Assembly: GCA_951406725.2 (NCBI GenBank)
Contig: OX597834.1
Coordinates: forward strand, 41,292,001-41,356,000
DNA: 64,000 nt
Source of the DNA: Octopus vulgaris
Taxonomy: Eukaryota
Direction: 5' to 3'
Shown: in pieces, positions 54,197-64,000 of the stretch
Layout: each line of letters opens with the position of its first letter
Numbering within the stretch: the stretch's first letter is position 1
The notes under the pieces: model-generated
The model's input: only the letters and a program-made list of their open reading frames with translations
Databases searched by the model: none
Told to the model about the DNA's origin: nothing
Program-made: the position numbers and the translations under genes

Positions 54197-55190
54197 ATCA
54201 CAAGTTATGCAGATGATACAAAAGTTTCACAGGCAATACAGAACCCTGAGGACACTAAAAACCTGCAATGTGAGCTGGACGAAATATACAAGTGGGCTGA
54301 AAAGAATAGCATGCAGTTCAATGCTGGAAAGTTTCAAGCTTTATACTATCAGCATGCAAAACTGAATGCAACACCCAATGAATACACTGGACCCGGAGGG
54401 ATTGCAATCCCAGAGGCACAATCAGTGCGTGACCTGGGTATTCACATGAGTGATGACGCGACCTTTCATGTACATGTTGCTAAACTGACAGTGAAATGTA
54501 GACGGCTGGCTGGCTGGATTCTTAGAACCTTTAGAACAAGAGAACAAGAAACCATGATGGTCCTCTGGAAGACACTTGTCCTAAGCCACTTTGACTATTG
54601 CTCTCAGCTATGGTCACCATCCAGTGTCAAGTTGATCACAGAACTTGAGGCGATCCAACGAAGCTACACAAAGAAGATAGCCTCTATGCAGAATGTAAGC
54701 TACTGGGAAAGACTCAAGAGATTAAAATTATACTCCCTGGAGCGTAGGCGGGAAAGATATGCCATAATATACATCTGGAAGATCCTGGAGGGAAGTGTCC
54801 TGAACTTTGGCATCGAGAGTTACACAAATGCCAGAACTGGGCGCCACTGCGTGGTGCCTAGGACTCCAAACCTGCCATCAAGATGTAGGACAAGATTCTG
54901 TGATAGCCTGGGCTTCCGAGGCCCACAGCTCTTCAATATCCTCCCGAAGAACCTGAGAGACCTGCATGGGGTGGATACAGATGTCTTTAAAATGAAGCTG
55001 GATCTCTTCCTGTCTGGTGTCCCAGATGAACCAACTTCACGGCAGGAGGGGCAGATGAGGGCAGCTGCATCGAACTCTCTCATGCACCAAATAGCAGTTG
55101 CTAGAAAGCCCCCATGAAGTGAAACCAAGTAGCAACACCAAATGGCGGTGCCCCAGCATGGCCACAGCTCATAGGCTGGAACTGGAATCA
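54197..55190 (+). mobile_element. 5'-truncated CR1/L2-group LINE: RT C-terminal half (open frame to 55117), 3' UTR and (ATCA)n tail
   Basis: SYADDTK, MQFNAGKFQAL, VRDLGI, DYCSQLWSP, LEAIQRSYTK, SYWERLKRLKLYSLERRRER; no stops over about 300 codons; upstream ATG comes from the microsatellite. Confidence 0.95.
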
Positions 55191-55325
55191 ATCAATCAAT
55201 CAATCAATCAATATATATATATATGTATATATATATGTAATATATATATATATATGTATAAATATATATATATATATATATATGTAATATATAATATATA
55301 TATATATATGTAATATATATATAAA

Positions 55326-55376
<51 letters not shown>

Positions 55377-55564
55377 TGTTTTAGTCTTTAGATCACGGCT
55401 ATGCTGGGGCACCGCCTTGCAGTATTTTCAGTCGAATGAATCGACTCCATTCCTTTTTTCACGCCGAATTATTTTCATATATTTATTTATTTCGAATTAT
55501 ACAACATGAGTATCTAAGTACTTGCATTTGTGTATTTGTGTGTGTGTTTGTACATCTACCTCTA

Positions 55565-55691
55565 TGTCGTAAGAAGCTTGCTTCCCACCCACATGATTCT
55601 TGGTTCAATTCCACTGTGTGGCACCTTGGGCAAGTGTCTTCTACTAGTTCCTTGGGCCGAGGCTATAGTAGAAGACACTAGAAGCTCATCG

Positions 55692-55736
<45 letters not shown>

Positions 55737-55935
55737 TTGTCCTCCCTCCGCCAACTCTTGACTACCGATGTTGGTGTGTTTACATCCTAGCAACTTAGCG
55801 GTTCGGCAAAAGTGATTGAAAGAATAAGTACTAGGCTTACAAAGTCCTGGGGTCGATTTCTTCGACTAACACCCTTTACGGTGGTGCTCCAGCATGGCCG
55901 CAGTCAAATGACTGAAACAAGTAAAAGAATAAAAG
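55565..55935 (+). mobile_element. Family C SINE
   Basis: Match to 34892-35285. Confidence 0.8.
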
Positions 55936-56019
55936 TATGTATTTACAAACATGTATTCGAAAAGAGAATAAGGGGTGGATGGAAGGCAAACAACCCAATG
56001 AATGATGTCAGTGTCATAC

Positions 56020-56520
56020 CCGCCGAACGTCTTTGTTCGCATCCTTTCGATGGTGTGTCTGGAAGAAGCTCAACATGTCCCTAAGGTCTTTTATGCACGC
56101 TGGTTCTACTATCCTTTGCTACAACGCTGAGACCGGTACCATGCTCAAGGAGGGTCTGAACAAGTTCGAGGTGTCCCAAATGCGGTGTCTTCGTCGGATC
56201 ATTGCTGTCTCTCTACACGACCGAATTTCAAACAACATCCGTGAACAATGCTTGAAGTAGCGGACCATTGGAAACAAAGTCTTGCAGCGCAGGCTAAAGT
56301 GGTTTGGTAATAATGTCTGCAGAATGAGCACAGGAAGATTATCACACCAACTGTTGTAGTGGTGGCAGTGACTCACACACGGTAGAACCCAGTATAACGC
56401 ACCAAAGAAGACATGGTCGAACGAAACCGAGGAATACCTCAAGTTGCAGCGCTTCGACCTCGAGTATGCTAAGACCAGGCCCATGGTTCGGAAAGCATGA
56501 AACAACATCATCGCCAGAGT
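56020..56520 (+). mobile_element. Decayed RTE-clade LINE 3' fragment
   Basis: ILCYNAETGT...FEVSQMRCLRRII.VSLHDRISN...QRRLKWFG. Confidence 0.8.
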
Positions 56521-56626
56521 CTGTCATCTAGCAGCACTCACAGCATTGAATTGGTTGAAAGGAGAGCCTCTCCCTCCGGTCACATACATACACATATATA
56601 TATATATATATATATCTATATATATC

Positions 56627-56663
<37 letters not shown>

Positions 56664-56666
<3 letters not shown>

Positions 56667-56958
56667 CTTGACCGACCAGTCCGTCGGGCGTCCAATTGAC
56701 ACCGCTGGTCACAGCACGCTGTCCACTCCTCTCTGGATCGCGCCTTTCTCATCCTTTCGCATCGTCCTCCTGAAATCATAACTTCACCGTCGTGGAGGCC
56801 TTTCGGGTGGTCGTTTCCGCTCGCGCGGGTACCACTCGACAACTGCGCGGGTCCACCGATTATCGGTAAGCCGGGTGACGTGTCCAGCCCATCTAAACTT
56901 GCTGCGTGTATACTCTGCGATGATATCCCTCACGCCGGACTTCTTTCTGATGATCTCG

Positions 56959-56960
<2 letters not shown>
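56664..56960 (-). mobile_element. RTE-clade LINE 3' end inside (TA)n
   Basis: IRKKSGVRDII...KFRWAGHVTRLTDNRWTRAVVEWYPRERKRPPERPPRR. Confidence 0.88.
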
Positions 56961-57036
<76 letters not shown>

Positions 57037-57042
57037 ATATGG

Positions 57043-57466
<424 letters not shown>

Positions 57467-58289
57467 ATGTATATATAGATCGATCTTAGTAAAAACGACA
57501 GAGAAAATAAAACGAGAAGAGGTAAGATGTTATATGCCTCGCAGATTGAACAATAGACGTGATGGTCAAGGTTAGGGTGCCTTTGATCAAAAAGCCTGCT
57601 GATCATAGGTTTGCTAATGTTATTTTTTAGCCCCAGGCCAGCTTTGCGTAAGCGAATTTATAAGTAATAGAATTGATTCGTTGCACATTAAGGGCGGTAG
57701 AGTGTTTCGTCCCTATTTTGAGTAGGTCTAGCATTCATATTGATGTCTCCTCACTCACTCACTCACTCACTCTCTCTCTGTCTCACTCTCTCTCATTCTC
57801 TCTGTCTCCTCTCTTTCTCTGTATATCTCCCCCCTCTCTCTCTCGGTGCTTCGATCACCTTATGTCATTACTAATACTAAATGCAGGTAATTAGTGCCAG
57901 TGAGAAACTTCTGTCTGGTATTGATTAGGAACGTTACTTTTTTTTATACAAACTAGTTCAAAAACACACACAGACACGCACACACACATACACACACACG
58001 CGCGCGCGCACACACATATACAGACACTCAAAACCAAACATACAAATAAAGCTTGCAAACATCTTGATTCAAGCAAAGCGGTCTTGTCAATTTGTTAGTG
58101 ACCGACTTAAATTCTGCGATGAAAAACTTTGATACTCGTAAAAAAACACACACACTTATATATATATATATAAACAATTGAGGATAAAATCTTTATAAGA
58201 AAGTATCAGTAGTTAGCGTGAAAAACCTCGTAAGAGAAAAAATCCGTGTATTTTTCCACTTTGAAAATATTTATTTATATTATATTGAA

Positions 58290-58370
58290 GGGTACTACTA
58301 TTCGTAGATACCACACGCTAAGACCGCATTGGTCCCTCTTAGCGTGTGGTATCTACGAATAGTAGTACCC
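58290..58370. repeat. Perfect hairpin with ~34-bp arms
   Basis: GGGTACTACTATTCGTAGATACCACACGCTAAGA / TCTTAGCGTGTGGTATCTACGAATAGTAGTACCC. Confidence 0.92.
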
Positions 58371-58375
58371 CCAAT

Positions 58376-58414
<39 letters not shown>

Positions 58415-58425
58415 GGAGCAAACAC

Positions 58426-58483
<58 letters not shown>

Positions 58484-58565
58484 ATCTTTTACTCTTTTAC
58501 TTGTTTCAGCCATTTGACTGTGGCCATGCTGGAGCACCGCCTTTAGTCGAGCAAATCGACCCCTG

Positions 58566-59010
58566 GTCTTTCCTCTTGTCCTTAATGGATTGGGATAAAA
58601 ATTGGTCCTTTCTTATCTTGTATGAGGAATATCGAATGTCTTCATGCACTTCCTGTCTGATAAGAAACTCACACTGCCAGGTCCCTAGTGATGGACCTCA
58701 TTGACATAGAAGGATCGTTGTAAATCATGGCCCAGATCTCACCCACAAATTCAGGAGTTCCTTTTCTTGTCAGAACGACCAGAGAGAGTTTTCCGAGCTG
58801 CCGTACCTTCGTAATCACCATTAGACTCATCCAACTCTTTCCGAATCCTCTGCACTCTCCTCAGATTGACGCCCAAACACCCTGAAATGCTCGTATTGGA
58901 GCTTCCGGCACGAATGCCAGGCAGAACAGCATATTGTTTCCAAATTTTTGGCAGAGTGAATTGCGTCATGGTGCTGTTTTTCTCACAGACGGTGCCCACC
59001 TGACCCTACA
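58566..59010 (-). mobile_element. Tc1/mariner transposase N-terminal (HTH) remnant
   Basis: ISGCLGVNLRRVQRIRKEL and IYNDPSMSMRSITRDL...HEDIRYSSYK HTH-like motifs. Confidence 0.7.
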
Positions 59011-59118
59011 ATGTAATAACAAATAATGCACATGCGCGAAAATACACACACACACACGCACGCACACACACACACACACATACACACACACACACACACG
59101 CACACACTCACACGCATA

Positions 59119-59185
<67 letters not shown>

Positions 59186-59236
59186 CGGGCTCCTTTCTGT
59201 TCCTGTCGAGCAAATCCCAGTCACTAGACTTTAGTC

Positions 59237-59640
59237 AGGCGTAGGAGTGGCTGTGTGGTAAGTAGCTTGCTTACGAGCCATATGGTTCCGGGTTCAGTCC
59301 CACTGCGTGGGCAAATGTCTTCTGCTATAGCCTCGGGCCGACCAAAGTCTTGTGAGTGGATTTGGTTGACGGAAACTGAAAGAAGCTCGTCGTATATAAG
59401 TATATATATATATATGTATGTGTGTGTATATATATATGTTTGTGTGTCTGTGTTTGTCCCCACAACATCGCTTGACAACCGATGCTGGTGTGATTACGTC
59501 CCCGTCACTTAGCGGTTCGGCAAAAGAGACAGATGGAATAAGTACTAGAGTAAGCCCTGGGGTCGATTTGCTCGACTAAAGGCGGTGCTCCAGCATGGCC
59601 GCAGTCAAATGACTGAAACAAGTAAACGAGTAAAAGAGTC
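59237..59640 (+). mobile_element. Family C SINE
   Basis: Match to 34892-35285. Confidence 0.88.
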
Positions 59641-59765
59641 CGCAGCTAATGTAGAAGACATTTGTCAAAGGTGCCACGCATAAGAAATGAATCCGGAACC
59701 ATGTACATAGGAAACAAACTTCGAACTACACCGTTGTATATATACATATATATATTTATATATAG

Positions 59766-60144
59766 GAGCGCTCCGTCGGTTACGACGATGAGGGTCCCAG
59801 CTGATACGATCAACGGGACAGCTTGCTCGTGGAATTAACGTGCAAGTGGCTGAGCACTCCACAGACACGTGTACCCTTAACGTAGTTCTCGATGAGATTC
59901 AGCGTGACACAGAGTGTGACAAGGCCGGCCCTTTGAAATACAGGTACAACAGAAACAGGAAGAAAGAGTGAGAGAAAGTTGTGGTGAAAGAGTACAGCAG
60001 GGTTCGCCACCTCTCCCTGCAGGAGCCTCGTGGAGCTTTAGGTGTTTTCGCTCAATAAACACTCACAATGCCCGGTCTGGGAATCGAAACCGCGATCCTA
60101 CGACCGCGAGTCCGCTGCCCTAACCACTGGGCCATTGCGCCTCC
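59766..60144 (-). mobile_element. SINE head A + tail T1
   Basis: Head matches 25344; tail matches 45055-45242. Confidence 0.88.
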
Positions 60145-60191
60145 ACATATTTATATATATATACACACACACATACACACATACATATATA

Positions 60192-60228
<37 letters not shown>

Positions 60229-60479
60229 ATACATATATGTATGTATTTATATGTGTATTTGTAATTGTGCATAGAGTGTGCTGGATTAAACCCTTTGCAG
60301 TATTTCGTGAATTCTTCATCCCCTTTCTGCTCTGACTTCACATTGCACTGAGGTTGGCTCTGCTTTTCATCCGACGGAGGACGGGAATTCAAAGTAGCAG
60401 ACAATTAATGGCGGTCTGTATAATTTATAGACTGCTCCCTCTACCAAAATATGTGGCCTTGACCTTATGCTAGCAAACA

Positions 60480-61900
60480 TAATTTTTAAAGGGCAGTACA
60501 TTGACACCATCGCCAGATCGTCAAACTAAATACCATGTGGTATTTAGCTACATCCTCTTACGTTCTGTGTTCAAATGCCGTTGGTGTCGACTTCACCTTT
60601 TATCTTTCCGGGGTCTGATGAAATGAAAAAAAAAATAGGTCCTTTATATTCATCTCTATCCTTACCACCTCTCGTAAACTATGTGGCCTTTGCCTATTTT
60701 CGAAATCAAGGATGTTAGATTGGCAGAATCGCTAGAGCGTCGAACAAACTATTTTGCGGTGTCTCTTCCGGGTCTTTATGTTCTGATTTCAAATTCCGCT
60801 GATGTTAGCTTTGCCCTTCGTCATATCGGGATCGATAAAGCATAGCAGTCAAGTAATGAGGTCGATGGCATCGACTGACCCCCTTTTTTAAAACCGCCGG
60901 CCTTTGAGCCAAAGTTTGAAACCAAGACGGCGAGCTTGGCAGAATGGTTAGCGCACCAGGCAAGGTGCTTAGCAGCATTTCGTCCGTCTTTATGTTCTGA
61001 GTTCAAATTCCGCCGAAGTTGACTTTTCTTTCATCCTTACGGGGTCGATAAAATGAATAACAGTGAAACACTGGAGTCGATGTAATTGACAAATCTCTTA
61101 CTATCAAATTTCGGGTTTTGTGCCTTTTCTTTCCTCACCCTTTTCAAGCCTAGCCAGGCTCATGGGCCCGGTTTCCCGGTTTCTGTGGCGTATGTGTTCT
61201 CCCCAGCTGGACGGGATGCCAGTCCATCGCAGCGTTATTCAAGAAGTAGGAAGAGAGAGTGAGAGAAAGTTGTGGCGAAAGAGTACAACGGGGCTCGCCA
61301 CCATCCGCTGCCGGAACCTCGTGAAGCTTTTAGGTGTTTTCGCTCAATAAACACGCACAACGCCCGGTCTGCGAATCGAAACCGCGATCCTCCGACCGCG
61401 AGTCCGCTGCCCTAATCAATGGGCCATTGCACCTCTTTGTGCCTTTAGTCGAAAGGATTATTGTTAAGACGTCTGGTTGGCAGAATCGTTAGCACGTCGG
61501 GCGAAATGCTAAGCGGTTAGGGTTTGTCTGCCGCTACGTCATGAGTTCAAATTCCGTCAAGGTCAACTTTGCCTTTCATCCACTTTTGGGGTTGATGCAA
61601 TAAGTAACAGTGAAACACTGGGGTCGATATAATCGACAATCCCCTCCACCAAAATTTCATGCCTTGTGCCTAGAGTAGAAAGGATTGATTTTATTCTTAT
61701 CCTTATTAACGCGGTGTGCTGGCAGAATCGCTAGCACGTCGGGCAAAATGCTAAGCGGCATTTCGTCTGTTGGTACGTTGTCGACTTTGTCTTTCATCCG
61801 TTGGGGGTCGATAAATTAAGTACCAGCAACGCACTGGGGTTGATGCAATCGACTTAACCCCTTCCCCTAAATTTCAAGCCTTGTGCCTACATTAGAAAGG
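60480..61900. mobile_element. Cluster of about five older family N SINEs (+) with a nested head A + tail T2 SINE (61133-61434, -)
   Basis: Repeated TGGCAGAATCG.TAG...TTCAAAT...ACTTT.CCTTTCATCC units; GTGCCTTT occurs on both sides of the nested SINE. Confidence 0.75.
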
Positions 61901-61920
61901 ATTATTATTATTATCATTTT

Positions 61921-61978
<58 letters not shown>

Positions 61979-62014
61979 GCTACTACTACTACCACCACCA
62001 CCACCACCACCATC

Positions 62015-62862
62015 ATCATAAAGATCGTCCTATCGTCTGCTTTTAAGGAAGAAGACTGAGTCGTTTTCTTCCTCCGGTTGTCTTTTGCGCGGTGTCTGTA
62101 GTTGTGTGTTGAATGGGGTTGAAATTTTGGAAGACAGTGTTTAATCTTTCAGATCAAGTCCTCACTAACTTCTTCAAAACCCACTTGAAGAGAAAGGGGT
62201 GAATAGAAAGGGGTATGCTGCTCTTTTAAAAATAGCTTGCTGAGACCAGAGAAATCGGTGCGGTTAACCCTTTAGCATTCGTATTGCTTTTTCAAATGTA
62301 ATGCTTATTTTATCCACATTGTTTTGAATTAATCATGCATTATTTCACAGCTTTGAGATTTCAATAAAGTGATGGTTTATAATTAGAATAACATTGTAGG
62401 GTAGGTGTGAGAGGCTGGATCTGACCGGTTTGAACATTCAATAGGTAGAATTTTGGGCTTAATACGACCGGTATAAATGCTAAATGTTTAAATGAAGCTG
62501 CACTAATTATGCGGCTGGATGCTGGCTGCCAAAGCTAAGGGGAGCGAATTTATATGCTCTTTTTTTTTTTGATTTGCCAGCGAAATCCAGGGTCTTGTGT
62601 TTGGGGGCGGGGTACGGCGAATCACCCTTATATAATTGGCTCCCACCAGTTTTAGGGATCACTCCTAATTGCCATATTGTTGCCTTCTGCTGTCACGACT
62701 AATTATTGCCATTTATTTATTATTAACATCGTTATTGCTCCTGTTGATCTCGCCCATTCTATTCGATGCAAAAACTTCCACGGCGTCTTTGTTGCTTTTC
62801 TTTTGTACTCGACTTTGTATTGTCCCCCAATCGTCTTAGACTCGTATGGCCAATAAAAGAAA
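62015..62862 (+). mobile_element. L1/Tx1-like LINE 3' remnant between (CAT)n tracts, interrupted by a MITE
   Basis: LSDQVLTNFFKTHLKRK resembles a Tx1-type ORF2 C-terminus; ends TGGCCAATAAAAGAAA like 1015-1350. Confidence 0.45.
62264..62491 (+). mobile_element. TTAA-type (piggyBac-like) MITE
   Basis: TTAA-CCCTTTAGCATT...AATGCTAAATGT-TTAA imperfect TIRs; second copy near 7195. Confidence 0.7.
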
Positions 62863-62898
62863 CCATCATCATCATCATCATCATTATTATCATTATTA

Positions 62899-62984
<86 letters not shown>

Positions 62985-62987
<3 letters not shown>

Positions 62988-63073
62988 TAGTTTTATTTTT
63001 ATAGCGTGCTTTCACTTCCCTACCGAGCGCAGCTCTGTGTGTCTTGGGTATGTGCTGTGATTTGTTGTTATGC

Positions 63074-63149
<76 letters not shown>

Positions 63150-63236
63150 TAGTTTTATTTTTTATAGCGTGCTTTCACTTCCCTACCGAGCGCAGCTCTG
63201 TGTGCCCTGGGTATGTGCTGTGATTTGTTGTGATGC

Positions 63237-63303
<67 letters not shown>

Positions 63304-63389
63304 TAGTTTTATTTTTATAGCGTGCTTTCACTTCACTACCGAGCGCAGCTCTGTGTGCCTTGGGTATGTGCTGTGATTTGTTGTGATGC

Positions 63390-63468
<79 letters not shown>

Positions 63469-63555
63469 TAGTTTTATTTTTTATAGCGTACTTTCACTTC
63501 CCTACCGAGCGCAGCTCTGTGTGTCTTGGGTATGTGCTGTGATTTGTTGTGATGC

Positions 63556-63631
<76 letters not shown>

Positions 63632-63716
63632 TAGTTTTATTTTTATAGCGTGCTTTCACTTCACTACCGAGCGCAGCTCTGTGTGCCTTGGGTATGTGCT
63701 GTGATTTGTTGTGATG
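62985..63716 (-). repeat. Tandem array of five 88-90-bp units separated by (ATT)n
   Basis: Units at 62985-63073, 63147-63236, 63301-63389, 63466-63555 and 63629-63716: CAGTAGTTTTATTTTTATAGCGTGCTTTCACTTC.CTACCGAGCGCAGCTCTGTGTG...TTGTGATGC. Confidence 0.95.
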
Positions 63717-64000
63717 ATATTATTATTATTATTATTATTATTATCATTATCATTAACAGCTATTTATTAATTCGAACGTGTGTGTTACAGAAGAGTGAAT
63801 CAACAAGTATACATGGAGGTAAAAGATTCAGGAAAGACCCGTTATAACCCGCTGTACAAATTAATATTGTCATTGTAGTAGGTCCGAGTGTTGTGCTCAT
63901 ATATATAAATTCTAATGCGTGCGCACCCCCCACCTCCACAGACAGACGGACGGACAGCGAGACAGACAAACATGCACATATATACATATATATACACACA

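Noticed and set aside
62985-63716. CRISPR array
   Set aside because: Eukaryotic context, repeats too long, spacers are pure ATT microsatellite, no cas genes

Overview
Gene-poor, AT-rich, microsatellite-saturated eukaryotic DNA. The repeat inventory (tRNA-head SINEs with Nin-, CORE- and Meta-like domains, plus TA/TATG/TATC tracts) suggests an octopus/cephalopod genome; this is an inference. I found no convincing host gene, and nearly all listed ORFs are microsatellite or SINE read-throughs. Real coding remnants are all transposable elements: an R4/Dong-type RLE endonuclease, CR1/L2-group, RTE and L1/Tx1-like LINE pieces, Penelope RT and GIY-YIG pieces, hAT, Tc1/mariner and Helitrons. The most interesting signal is a dispersed set of short, often palindromic, mostly (TA)n-associated elements carrying minimal type I hammerhead ribozyme folds with non-canonical cores (U4C, G3-C8 swap, A6U), probably Penelope-like element termini. 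Other notable structure: mix-and-match SINE heads and tails that share 3' ends with LINEs in the same window, retroelement families each tied to one microsatellite type, a CRISPR-looking 89-90 bp unit/(ATT)n array, and a templated inverted insertion inside a SINE. All folds and translations were done by eye; element boundaries are approximate unless a TSD or TIR is quoted.
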